In this document: piece after piece, positions 1 through 13,500 of the stretch | Layout of the letters: the number at the start of each line of letters is the position of its first letter | Position numbering within the stretch: the first letter of the stretch is position 1 | Assembly: GCF_037042905.1 (NCBI RefSeq) | Contig: NC_087250.1 | Location: 4,590,001 to 4,654,000, forward strand | Direction of reading: 5' to 3' | Length of the DNA: 64,000 bases | DNA from: Lytechinus pictus | Lineage: Eukaryota | Position numbers and translations under genes: made by a program | The notes under the pieces: model-generated | The model's input: the letters and a program-made list of their open reading frames with translations, nothing else | What the model was told of the DNA's origin: nothing | The model's database searches: none

Positions 1-2185
1 ATAATAAAAAGGCAAAATATAAATCTTTTAAGAATAAATATTTCAGTCTTGTTAGAAAAACTTAACAAGAATTTTATTACTCTAAATTTAATGAAGTGAA
101 AAACAATCTTTGTAAAACCTGGAAAGTTATAAATGGTTTATTAACCAAACAGACCTGAAACCTCTGATAATAACTTAGTTTTTAGAAATAATGAAATAGA
201 TATCAGAAATGAAAATGACATTGCACATGCATTTAACAAATATTTTATCAATATTGGACATACTATCACAAACAACATTGCAAGAGGTCATATCGATTAT
301 AGTTTTTACCTGAAAAACACCCTGGCTTGTTCTTTATTTCTCAAACCAATTACTGAAAAGGAAATTATTCACATTGCCAATTGCTTACAGAATGGAAAAG
401 CCCCAGGAATTGATGGTGTTGAAAATTTTGTTGTAAAAAAGACTATTCATATTTTATGTAAACCATTATGCTTTATTTTCAATTTATGTATTCAAGAAGG
501 TATATTTTCTGATAGTTGTAAAATATAAAAGTTATTCCTGTATATAAATCTGGCCAAAAAAAATGTTTCTCAAATTAAAGACCAATTTTGTTATCATGTT
601 TCTCCAAAATGCTGGAGAAATGTATTTATTCTAGGTTAATTAAATATTTTAATAATAATCATATACTTTATTAAAAACAATTTGGATTTAAAGAAAAACA
701 TTGCACATCTCATGCCCTGATAGATTCTTTAAATGACATTATAAATGCTTATGAAAATAACAAAATAACGTTTGGAGTGTTCATTGATCTAAAAAAGGCG
801 TTCGATTGTATTAACCATGACATACTGCTTAGTAAATTATCTTGTTATGGAATACGAGGTATCGCCCTTAAATTAATACAAAATTATTTAAGTAATAGAA
901 AGCAATATGTTCTTTATAATTCATGTCATTCTTAGTTCAGAAAAGTATCATTAGGCGTACCGCAGGGTTCAATCCTCGGTCCTATTCTTTTCCTTATATA
1001 TATTAATGATCTTCATCTCTGTTCTAATTTATTAAAATTTGTTCTTTTTGCTGACGACACAAATTTTTTTTTTGTCACAGTGACATAGGTTAATTACAAC
1101 AAAATATGAATATGGAACTTAATAAAATACAGGAACGGTTCTCTGTTAATAATTTAGCTTTGAATATTCAGAAAACAAAGTTTCATGATCATCAGTAGAA
1201 ACAATGTAGATAAGAAATCTGTTAAATTATATATTAAATGATATTGAAGTAGAAAGGATGGAGCGTGTAAAATTTCTTGGAATTTACATTGATGATAATT
1301 TAAAATGGAAAAGTCATGTTAACAAGATAAACTCCCTCTTTTCTAGAAATATAGGTGTTTTAAATAGATTATGTGAATTTGTCCCACAAAGTATTCTCTT
1401 AATGCTTTATAACACTTTAATATTATCTAATCTCAATTATGGAATTATTGTTTGGGGGTCTTCAAATAAATAGTTGTTAGATAGAACTTTAGCTTTTAAT
1501 ACAGAAAAAGAGTAATCAGAATGATATCTTATTCTAGTTTCAGAGCTCACACTGCTCCACTCTTTCTTAAGTTTAAAATATTGCCTGTGTATGAATTATA
1601 TAGTTACGATCTTGGTATCTTTATGTATTTATACTACAAGAAATTACTTCCGATAAATTTTGATTCTTTGTTTTGTAAAAATTCTGATATTCACAATTAT
1701 GATACTAGAAAAAAATCAGATTACCGTGTTTCATGTGCGAAATTATCCTTATCCCGAAAGTCAATAATTCGTAATGGTCCTGTATTCTGGAACAGTCTCC
1801 CTGAAGATGTAAAGAATTAATTATCCCTTAATGTATTTAAATATAAACTTAAAACATTTCTTCTACAAAAACGTTAATTTCCTAGACTAAGTTACCTCAA
1901 TTTTTTTTTATCCCCTAGTCTTTCTTTGCAAAACTCAAACTTTTATTGACAAATTTAGGATTATGTCATAAGTTTTTAACTTTTTAAATGATCCCCCACA
2001 TTTACATATACTGTTTCTCTTTTTGTCTGATTTAAGTATTGTTCAGATTTTGCTTTATTGTTTTGTGTAGTGTATGTTTACTTTTTGCATTGGAATATTC
2101 ATATGTATATATTGTACTGTATTCTGTAATACCATCTTTACACTGGATTGTTCTTTTTATGAAGTTTGGAAATAAATGAATCAAT
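1..2185 (+). mobile_element. Degenerate non-LTR retrotransposon (CR1/L2-group LINE), RT and 3' region; 5' part lies outside the window
   Basis: Frameshifted RT motifs: GKAPGIDG (~393), FIDLKKAFDCINH (~780), [13 protein letters not shown] (~954), FADDT (~1047), KFLGIYIDDNLKWK, HTAPLF. AATAAA near 2171. Confidence 0.9.
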
Positions 2186-2670
2186 TAATCTTCATGGTGA
2201 TACAAACTCTTTATCCAGAATGTATTCTTTGAAAATCTGTATTACATGCCCTCCTATGGAAAGAATACATGATCTACTGATAGTGATAAAAGAGAAATAT
2301 AAACAAAAGTAATGTGGACATCACACATCTTTGTCGCATTAGCAATGGGAGGATCTACATTACAATAATGATCTGAAGTTCAAATGATCATAATTTTCAT
2401 GTTATTTATTCAATTTTTCTCAATCTTTCGTTGATCTGTTTCTTTGATTTTTCTGTTTTCACATTTGTTTTCACGCACATAAGATATCTTGTTCCAAAGG
2501 GTTAATTTTCCTTTAAAGAAAAAGGTCAACGAAGATTGAGTAAAATTGGACATGGAGATCCCCCTATCGTCGATGCGTAGCAGCTCCGTGATATCACACA
2601 TGAACAACTCTTCCCAGATAACCTTGAAAATGCTTAAAACATTATCCCATACCATCTTTTTTCTGCTTAA

Positions 2671-3169
2671 AGGGGAAATTCACCCTGACAACAAGTTCGT
2701 TGTAAAAATATCAGAAAAAATAATGAAAAATATTGCCGAAGGTTTGAGAAAAATCCAGAGTCAAAGAATCAAACAAAAATATTAGAATTTTAATGATTTG
2801 ATTTGTGACGTCCTATGCGACCTGCTTTCCTATCGTATGGTTAATAAATCAATGAAATGTTATATTCTCAGAAAGATGGAAATGGTTTTACTGTACCTTC
2901 AATATGATGTTAATAGACAACTCATTTCACATCTGTGCCTGCAAAGAAAACGAAAATAAGTCCTCACGAACCTTTAAAAATCGAAATGTATGCATTTTAT
3001 ATTACATAACATAGGGGCAGCTGCTCGCTTATGAGGTCACAAATCCATAATTGAAAATTCTAATAACTTTCTTAATCTTTAATGGATTTTCCTCAAACCT
3101 TCACCAGTATTTCTAATCATTTATTCTGCTATTTTTACAACAAACTTTTCTTCATGGCGAACTTCCCCT
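2671..3169. mobile_element. TTAA|AGG MITE family A (Kolobok/T2-like)
   Basis: TIR AGGGGAAATTCACCCTGA / GAACTTCCCCT. Other copies at 6849-7344, 40980-41425 and partial 36325-36797. Confidence 0.8.
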
Positions 3170-3351
3170 TTCATCAGAAAATAAACAATTCGTCCACGAT
3201 ATGTTGAGAAAAATGTAATGCATTTCCTCTCAACATATCTTGCGATGGACCAGATAAAAGAGAAAAGTTGAGTGAAATATTTACAAAGGTAATGAGGAAG
3301 TTGCACATGTGTGAAATCAAAGATTTGGTCGCGTTGTCAACAGGATGATTA

Positions 3352-3813
3352 GCTTATACTAATCAGTAGGGTCGCATGCGAAATCACTCGGGTTTTTGAT
3401 TTTTTCTAACGGTGTCTTCAATGGAACAAACACGCTGGGAAAATAAAATGAAATTGAAATTCGAGTTTCGTTTTAAGCCGGCAAGTGCCTATACAAAAAT
3501 GTACTGGACTACTGTTATAACATAACAAACAAGCAAATTTTGACTACTGTTTTAACATAATCACCTTTCACATATTTGACCTGATTTCTGTAGAATGTTG
3601 TGTACATCCCACATTATCTCACCTTTACTCCAACATGTACTTCTCTCTCTGCACACTCGATTTTTATCGTGAGGTACTGAACTTAATTGGTCACAAACAC
3701 ACGAACTTCTAAGGTCTACGGTATCTTTAAAAAGATTTTTTGTCAAAATCGCATCGAAATCCAAAACCCGAGTGATTTCGCACGCGCACGCGATCCGCCT
3801 GATTAGTATAAGC
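3352..3813. mobile_element. MITE with ~50-bp TIRs
   Basis: TATACTAATCAG...GCGAAATCACTCGGGTTTT and its reverse complement at 3765-3811. Confidence 0.75.
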
Positions 3814-4594
3814 CGGATGATTGACATTGCATTAGGGATCTCAATTTTAAAATTGCTCATAGCTTTCTTACTATCCATTTAATTGTTATTTAACCTTCTT
3901 TGCTCTATTGCTCTGATTTCATATTCATATAGGTCTATATTGCCGACAACTAGTTCAATGGTTCCATTCTTATTTCAACGAAATTCTGTTTTCTGCATTA
4001 CTGGTACATAATAATTATGTTGATGGTTGGACAGACTATACTCATGCAATAATCTTCGCTCAAACTCTTTAGATTTAATTTCCTAAGTTTGTGTATAAAT
4101 TATTTACAAATAAGTGAAGGAACGAATATTTTAGATTGAAAACAATGATTTAATAAAAACATTAAAGAGTATACAAAATTGGAATGATTGAATTGTATGA
4201 AGCACCCGTATCTAGCAAATAATTGAACTAATCGTTCCAGAACATCTTGAACATCGGATCGTGAAGTCGCATACTTCATGATCCGATAGACGCAAAGTTC
4301 TGCTAAGAATACAAAATACAAAATCGTAATTTTCCTTGTCGTCGGAGAAGGCCTAAAGTCTCGATCGACTTTAAGTAGCAGTCGATGATGACGTCATTTA
4401 CGATTTGGAATTCAATTTGCATTATTCCTACAGGTGGGGATCTCGGAATAGACTTGAATTTTGATTGTGATTTTATTGAGTGGAATATGCTTTTTACAAT
4501 TTATTTGAAAAATCGAATCGGATCATGTAGTGTACATCTGGCTTCAGAAAATTAGCTAATGTCTCATCCCCACTGTCATGCGATCCGTTACAAA

Positions 4595-5465
4595 GCCCCT
4601 TTCACAATTGGTGGTGCGACTGCTTACAACCGTTGCGATTGTGTGCAACATATATTGTGACCAAATGATCGCAAACGGTCACACGAGCTATTAAGGAGCT
4701 TTCGATTGTCTGCGACTGCAACGTAGTCCTAGTTCACCGGAAGTGGTGACACCGCTCGTTCAGTATCACGTTCGTACATTGATGAAAACAGTTTCGATTT
4801 AAGTCGACATACCCGTACCAGGCCACAGCATATACCAGCGTGATAGCGAGCGGGCCGTGGGCCGATGCTCGGCCGGAGAATCAGGCGTAGCATCACGCTA
4901 CGAACCAGTGGGGCGACTGTGGGTGCAACATTTGCACTCTTGCGCAAAAAGCCGATAAAAAACACAGTTGTTTGGAAATAGAACATCAATTACCTATCGG
5001 ATATGTAGTGTCTGAAAACAGGACACACTAAAAATTAATGTAATGGAAAAGCTGGTAACAAGCAGTAATTTGCAGTTTACCAGCCCTGCTGAATCAACGA
5101 AACTCGAATGTTGATGCGGCTTCATTCATTTTTGCTAAGCTTGGATGACGTCATCATGTACGAACTAGCGCTCGTTCGAGCACTATGACACCGAACGTCA
5201 AAACCCTCAAATACGAGTCACAGATTTGGGCAGTGAACGAGAAGGCTCGTCGCAGATTACTTCGCGCATGCGCAGAGCTCCCAAAATTCCTTAATCTCGT
5301 ACGTTCACATGGCTAGTCACAGAAAACGAAAGGTCTCTATTGTGAACGCCCTTGGACGCCTTCCATAAAGGGGCTTTCACAGTCGTTTGCGATCATTTGG
5401 TCACAATATATGTTGCACACAATCGCAACGGTTGTAAGCAGTCGCACTACCCTTGTGAAATGGGC
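4595..5465. mobile_element. Non-autonomous DNA transposon with ~85-bp TIRs (PIF/Harbinger-like)
   Basis: GCCCCTTTCACAA...CCAAATGATCGCAAACG is inverted at 5383-5465. Confidence 0.75.
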
Positions 5466-5639
5466 GTAACTGATTGCAAGAATTTTTGAATCATTATTTT
5501 TTTTTCTGTGATAAGTGCGATTGCTACGACTGATCGGGTGAGATCTGATACGAACATTACGATTATTACACGACTAAGATCACCGTTTTGATCGTGGCGC
5601 GAATCATGAAACTGGGAACTAGGCATTATGCTTCGTTAA

Positions 5640-6361
5640 ACCTAAAAGGACTGGGCTATTTGAGATGTATTGAGGACGGGGGGGGGGGGCATGATGGCCC
5701 CCTTCTGATCTCGGCCGCCGTTCGCGCTGAAATTTGGCACGCACATTCTTAACCACATAAAATACAAGCCAGTGTAAAAGAAATTCTGAAAATATTGTTT
5801 TTTATTCATTATGAATAAAATATGCAAATTTATTAGTGAAACACAATATTTGCATACACCCAATTTCACTTCATTTTTCCCCCCTTTTTTTTGTCCAGAT
5901 GTCATCTTTGTAATCTAATTTTAAGGTTTCCACAAAGAAAAATTGTAAAAGCCAATCTTTTCTTTATGTTTTTCTTTGTTTTTAGAATTTCTTATGTATT
6001 TTTTTTTTCATTGCTTTTTTCAATGGAAATTATTACAGACCATTTAACAACTAAATTAACCCTTTAATTAATTCAGCGGACCAATTAGATTGAAAAATGG
6101 TCACCTTTTTCATGAATTTCACCTCCCATAGACTTTGTACTCAAAGTATAAAAATGAGCCATTTTCGGCATGACATTGCATCGTAAAAAGTCACGTGACG
6201 TCACGATGCTATATCCGTATGTTGCGAAATTGGTCCCAAAAGTTGCGCGAGACTTCAAAGAAAAAATTCATAAAATTTCGCGGCGCTATCTTTTTGCATT
6301 TCGGAAATATCGCGCGAAGCGTTGAGGGGGGCCATCATGACCCGCCCCAGTCCTTTTAGGG
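5640..6361. mobile_element. piggyBac-like MITE (TTAA, CCCT ends); partial second copy at 56654-57260
   Basis: TTAA|ACCTAAAAGGACTGGG ... CCCAGTCCTTTTAGGG|TTAA. Confidence 0.8.
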
Positions 6362-6848
6362 TTAACACTTTAGTGCGATCCGATACGAACGTCACAATTT
6401 GCCTTCCGTAACTGATAGTGAGAATTTTTGAAATACTCAATTTTTTGGTGCGATCAGTACGATTGCCACGACAAATCTGTTACGATCGGTACGATTATTA
6501 CACGATGAAGATCACTGTTTCAATCGTGGGCGAATCGCTCGTGAAAGTGGGAACTAGGCATTAGGGTACACTACAATGGAATGATAAATGATTTAGCGTA
6601 GTCAGCTGCATCTGGGAAGGCATAATAGACAGGGAAGCATTTCACGAAGCAGAGATTTTTACCAACTATTTTGTTTTGAGCCAATCAGATGCATGGATTT
6701 CAAAGGCTTGTATTGGTTGTCAGAGAAATTCACTGAACATTGGTTTCCTGATGAAAAGTTCCCAAATATTTCCATATTTTTTCTATTCCTTTTTTTATTG
6801 CTTTTACCATCATCTAAATGAAATTGACTACATATAACGGATCTTTAA

Positions 6849-7344
6849 AGGATAAATTCACCCTGACGAAAACGTTGTTGTAAAAAAAGCAGGAAAGTAA
6901 TATAAAAAATATTAGTGAAGGTCTGATGAAAATCCATTTAAGATTAAGAAAATTATTACAATGTCAAGATTTTTTGCTTTGGGACGTCATAAATGAGCAG
7001 CTGCCCGATATGTTATATAATAACCTGCATAAATTTCATTTTTGTAATGGTTCGTTATAACTTATTTTTCCTTTTCTTTTTAGAAACGGGTGTGAAGTCA
7101 TTTGTGTATTGACATACTGAAGGTAAAATAAAACCCATTTTGAATTTTCTGAGAAAATTACTTTTCATTGAATTTTACCATACGGTATATAGGAAAGCTG
7201 CTTGCATGACGTCACAAATCAATTAACTAAAATTCTAATAACTTTGTTATTCTTTAATGGATCTTCCACAAAACTTCGCCAATATTTTAAAAATATATTT
7301 CTGCTATTTTTACAATAAACTGTTTGTCAGGGTGAACTTCCCCT
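6849..7344. mobile_element. MITE family A copy, 22 bp from the GNMT-like stop codon
   Basis: Same TIRs and body as 2671-3169. Confidence 0.8.
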
Positions 7345-7366
7345 TGAATGATAATTTCAATGACAT

Positions 7367-7529
7367 TTATTCATGTATGACGTGTTGAAAATAAGCTATG
7401 TTTTCTGTGTTCCCGTTGTCGACTTCCTCCAGATCACCGTAGAGGGTGTATGTGCAATTTCGTCCAAATACGTCTTTGAGGAGCGCGGTAAATTTGTGAA
7501 CATGGACGGGAGCCAAAGGCATGGTAACC
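7367..7529 (-). CDS. GNMT: GNMT-like last coding exon
   Basis: cttttcag|VTMPLAPVHVHKFTALLKDVFGRNCTYTLYGDL...YFQHVIHE*, which resembles the GNMT C-terminus (FG.RC.HSVLGDF...YFIHV). Confidence 0.88.
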
Positions 7530-10500
7530 CTGAAAAGAGAGGGGGGGAAATAAAATAAAAGAATTGCAGAGCTCAACAGGTAATCGCATTGTAAAGAGTT
7601 CACGAAAAGTCATCATCCTTCATACCCCCCCCCCCCCCTCTCTGGTCTCTCCATCTCTCTCTCTCCCGCTCTCTCTCTCTCTCTCTGCTATCTGATTTGA
7701 TTTTATTTTATTTAAGCAATTTTCCAACAGAAATTATTTACAAACATAATGTACAACATAAAAAAAATAGTGATACATTTATTTTTACAAAAATAAATAC
7801 AAATAATAATTCATTGGCAAAAACGTATATACATAGTATTAGTTTGCAATATTATAAGTTGTACTTTGTTGAGTAGACCAAAAAAATGCTGGAGACCGCT
7901 ACCATAAGCAGTGCTTGACTAGGGTAGCGGCCTCAAACGTCATAGCGAAACTAACAAAAAAGAAAACGAAGTCTAATACAAATCGGGCATTGACTTAAAT
8001 AAATTATAAACAGATATTATTAATACGATATTTACATGCAAGGACCTTGTATGCCTTATATTATGTGCACAGTTGTCAGTAGGCCGAATTAGAGGCCTCT
8101 ATATTTTTCATTTAAAACATCTGTTTTGTTTGGCTTTTGTTTATTTCATTTTTTGTTAATGAAGGAGATAAGTTGCAATGCAATGAAATGAGTGCCTATC
8201 CATTATGTTGCTAAGTGGGCAAGGCTCAGACAAACTCCCCCACCCCCTCCGGAAAAGACGAATTTCGTCTGAACGATACAAGCCTCCAAGCCGCGCGTCA
8301 TATTGAAATTAAAATGGAGTTGAAATATACAAACCGAGCAGCCTTACTCATTCAAACTTTATTGAGAAGATGTCCGTATTAATAAAGACAAATTGATGTT
8401 ATTCAGGAACGTTTTAAGTGAGAAACCCTTTCAGATTTGGATTAAAATCAATCTTGCTAGCCTACACCATAACGTTAATTCAGTCAATCACAAGCATTGG
8501 CATCGATCACAAGGGTATGTGGGTATCTACTTCGCTCTGAAAAAGAGGTATAGCAAAGATACTACAAGGGGAAAATCGGACACTTCGGCGATTTTTTTTT
8601 TTAACGCTCGAGGTGTCACGCGCGTAAAACATTCCCCATAGACTTGTGTGTTAAAATGGCACTTAAGAAAAATTCATAAAAAATAAATGTGAAATTAGAG
8701 GGTCGAATATTTATTACCTTTGGATAGGATATATATCTGACCAGAGAAGGGTATCGTAGCCAGCTCATTTTAAAAATAAATCCCCATTTATAAAGATAAC
8801 TATGATGGGATCAAATTCATCAACTGAAACAGTAAAATAGCCCCAGCCAGTCAAAAAATAGTTCCAAATCATTGATATATCTTCCCAATTTGGGCAAAGG
8901 ACGTTCAGTAGTTACCATTTCTAGAATCAGTGTTAGATTTTGAATCATATTCATACACTTTTGTCAATCAGCAATATCAAATTGAAAACATTTGAATGGG
9001 TTGGGTCGAACGAATATCTTTAGCCCTCCTGATGTAATTAGGCTCATGGCACCTCGATAAATGCTCATGGAAAAGGGCGCCCACTAGCGTTGAGTAAGTA
9101 AACCTTCGCGCATCGGCACGCTGCTGTGTATAGAACATATGGGGAAAATGAGAGAGGGGATTTGGGAGAGGGCACATGGGCGATGCAATAATTCCATCTT
9201 ATTACCCAGAGAGCTCAAAAATGTATTCATTTCTATTTTTAGAAAGAAAGATTTGAAGAAAAAAATCTTAAAATGTATAAATCGGATATTCCTCCACCCC
9301 TTCACAATTTCCCTCATAATTATGTTTTGTACACAACCCAAAATGGCGATACGCGAAGGATGGCGAGGACTTACTTACTCAACGCTGTAGGGCGCTCTTC
9401 CCGAACGTTTCATTGCGCGCTCTACTGACTGCCCAGTCTTCCCCTTTTAGTATCTTTGGGTATAGTCCTTCCAATGAATTTGCGGGAACGAATGACTCAC
9501 TTTTCGATTTTATTGGAGTCGTTGTTTCCCGTGTCGCCATCCTTCATAAGCATGTCGTAGATTATATCCACTTGGGTTGGGACGCCATCAACGGTGATGG
9601 TTTTCGTTGAAACGCCCGGTAATGTATCCTCCTGTGGGTATCGAAACACAGAGTAAGGATATGATCGTGTACAGTATTGAAAGAGAGTCTGTAACAAAAT
9701 CGACCCCAAAATTTACACATTATCTAAATATATTGTGAAATTAAGCGATTTGAGGAATCCTAATTTTAGTAAATTCTCAGTTGTGTGAAATATTCAATTC
9801 AACTTATAAAAGTGCAAAAGGATTTCTGAAGTGAACAAAATAGACGGGTTTTGTTAATCATTTGATAAGAGAATATATGAATAAAAAAAAGGAGCAACAA
9901 ATAAAAAAAAACACAGTAAGGTATATAGTTAAATGACATATGAAATATGGACAGTGGATCAGTCACAGCAATGGTACTCCTAGATCTGTCGGCCGCGTTT
10001 AACACCGTAGACCACACCTTACTTATTAACACTCTGACTAGTTTAGGTGTTAAGGCAAGGCCCTACAATGGCTGAAATCTTATCTATTATTCCATCCACA
10101 GTCAGTCCTTCTAAATGGTGTTACCTCTTCATCTAGGCCACTGGTCTGCGGCGTCCCCCAGGGCTCTGTTGGAGGGCCCACTTACTTCTTCCATTTATTT
10201 AACAGGGCTTCGAGATATTGTTAAACGTCACTCTGTTCATTATCATTCATATGCAGATGATATTCAGATTTTTGTTTCATTTTTACCCAATCAAACTAGT
10301 GCCAAACAAGCCTTGTGTAATCTTGAAAGATGCATAATGGACATTGACACTTGGTTGAAGTCAAACTCGTTACTTTTGAACCATAGTAAATGTGAGTTTG
10401 TAGTTTTAGGCTCAAATTTTCAACTTAATAAATTCAACATTGAGAAAATGGTATATTCACTCATTTTTTCACGATTCAATTTTGGTAATGGCCTCCTTGA

Positions 10501-13500
10501 CAACTAACCAAATTCTCAACTTGGGAAATTGCAGAGGTTGCAAAATGCAAATGTAACTTTATCTAACACGCGCAGCCACATTACCCCTATATTGAAAACT
10601 CTTCACTTGCCCCTCAAGGAACGCATAGTCTTTAAAATCCTTCTTTTGATTTGTCATACTAGTCAATGGTACTTCCCCCAATTACAATAAGTCTTTGATG
10701 CATAATTACCAACCCTCAAGAACCTTACGACCCTCATCATCTATTCTCTTACAAATTCCAGTTACTGAGAAATCATGCAGGGAACGGGCCTTTGCTCATG
10801 CAGGGCCTAACCTGTGCAATTCTCTTCAAAAGATTTTGAAAACCCAGACTTCAGTGACCACCTTCAAGGGCAACCTGAAAACATATTAAGAGTGCTTGTT
10901 TGATAGACATATTGTTCCGACATGTTTTATATGTAAATAGCGTTTGTTGTTGTTCTGCTCTGAAGCGCCTTGAGCATCTAATCAAGATGGAAAGTGCGCT
11001 ATACAAATCTCATGTATTATTATTAGTATTATCATCATCATCATTACTGCATTGCGTCAATAAAGAAAAGATTAAAAAGCGTTAGTGCGTTATGTGCTTT
11101 ATGAGTTGTCAACGTATCCAATATATTGCAAAAAGACGACATTTAATTTGCTATATATCATTGTGTTTATAAATTATATGCCAAGGAATTGAAAATATTA
11201 ACAAATACTAAATATCAAAATTATTCCCCATCATAGACTTACCTTATGATAGACGTTTTTATTCACGACGATCCCGCGATCCAACATGGAATCGATATTC
11301 CGGTGATCGATCAAGAGCAAGCCGCCTGGTTTAAGGAACTTCTGGAAGTTGTTCAGGCACTGTCGATGCAGCTTGAGCTCTGGCGGTCTGTCGACAAGAT
11401 GTAATATTGAACTGCCAAGGCATAGAACAGCGTCAAACTGACCGTGACCTTGAAGGTCTTTGTCCAAAGTCAACCAGTTAGCCCGTTTTACCTCTGCCAA
11501 AATAATCAATAAATAATATAGTTACGATGTCAACAGTGACCCGGAAGTTCTTTGTCCAAAGTTAGCCAGTTAGCCCGTTTGACCTCTGCCATAATAATCA
11601 ATAAATGAATTAAATAGTTATGATGTCAATAATAACAAAATCGAGGGCGATAGGCATGGCGTATGGGGCGAAATTTCCACAAAGCTGCGAGCGAGCAAAT
11701 TGTTTGAACTTATTAAAAACAAACATTGGAATTGGGATAGATATTGAAATAATATCTTCATTGTCAATAAGCATAGGCCTCGGTGAAATAGTCGAGAGTC
11801 AACCAGGAATGATCTATTGTTTTGAATTTAAAATAGATAAGGATAACGATAAAGATTTTAAAAGGGTTGAATTTGCGTAAGCGTTTGAATTTGACTTTGA
11901 ATTATATTTGAGTTTGAATTTCAATTTGAGTTTCAATATGAACTTGAATTTGAATTTGAATTTCAATATGAGTTTCAATATGAATTTGAATATGAATGTG
12001 AATAAGCATTAGAATTAGTATTATGATTAGAATTTGAGTGTGAATTTGATTTTAAATACGAATTTGAATTTGAATTAGCATTAGGAATAGAATTAGAATT
12101 TGGGTTTGAATTTGAATTTAATAATAATAATAAGTGCCATAATAGCGCTTAATACAAAGGTTTTTTTTTTCCTAATCCAGTCTTGGCCATCAAATGTTGT
12201 GTTGGGAAGGAAAAAAATAATTTAAACAGAATGGTGATAGTTTGAAAGAAATCGGACAAGCAATAAGAAAGTTATAGCTGCTTTAAAATTGAGATCACTA
12301 ATAGTATGTAGATTTCAAATTGGCAACTGGGTAAGTAAATTATGACAAGGGGCAAGGAAAACTTTCCCATAGGCCATGTACTTTATTATCAGGGATTTGT
12401 GGTTTTCTCCTAAGTACCAATTCCCTTGGGGCAGTAATCTAAATATAATCCAGGTAGTATATTGTTTTATGTCCTCATGAAAGAAAGATATAACTTGAAA
12501 TAAAACCTTTGGAAAAAATGACATTTTAGCCATAATATGTATTGGAGTACATGGAAGAGTAGTCCTTGCCTTACATCACTATGACATCCCATATGCGGCC
12601 AATTTGAAGTCTCCATGGGTATAGTGATTACCAATATTTACAACTTTTATAAATTCATAACTTTCTTGTTGTTTGTCCAATATTGTACAAACTTTCACCT
12701 ATCAACTTGTCTGATTTTTCTTTTTCTTATAAAAACAAGTTTTTATTTGGTTTGGATTTCCCTTTAATACAAATGTTTCTAAGCGCTGCTTACTATATCC
12801 CAATTTCAATTTCTATTTCAATTTGAAAAGTCATTTAATATTGGGGCAACCAGTCATGTTGCTTGTGTAGAGCTAGGGGGATATCTGAACGGGGCAGGTC
12901 CCTCCATTGACCTTAAGCATGTTATGTCAGACGCTGGTCAGACTTCAATTCATTGTATTTGTATATCAACTTGTGATTACGTAACGGGTATATACAAACA
13001 TTGGATGCTTCTTTTCTGCAAATTCACTATCAAGAGATATTCTGAAGTTGCAATAACTTTAGATAATAGGAATAATAGTCAACAGCTTTGATTTTTTTTT
13101 CTTTCATAGAAAGATTTTATTCAAAATCAAACACGAAAGCAATTCAATTTACAGAAAAATCATGAAGCGAACATGTTTACAACAACTGTATACATGCGTA
13201 CTATTATCTATTGATAAAACAGAATTATGATGTTTTTGACTAAGAACCCTTCCAATTTCACAATAGCGTTTCAATACGTTCTTAAAAGAACTAAAACACA
13301 ACCGATCTCCCTTACAACGTGTCGAAAAAAATAAATATTTAGCGTAAAGAATATAACGGTTTACAGTAGAGTATTGAGCGTCAGGGCAACCAAACAAAAA
13401 TAAATTCTTATTCAAATACACATCATTGTTCAAATAAGAGGATTCGAAGTTTTGAATGAATTGTTGAGTTACAGGGCAGTCCCAAAACAGATGTGAAATG

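Noticed and set aside
4207..4299. Possible minus-strand exon (cttagcag|...MKYATSRSDVQDVLERLVQLFARYG|gtgctt)
   Set aside because: Weak donor, no recognisable homology, and no partner exons identified.
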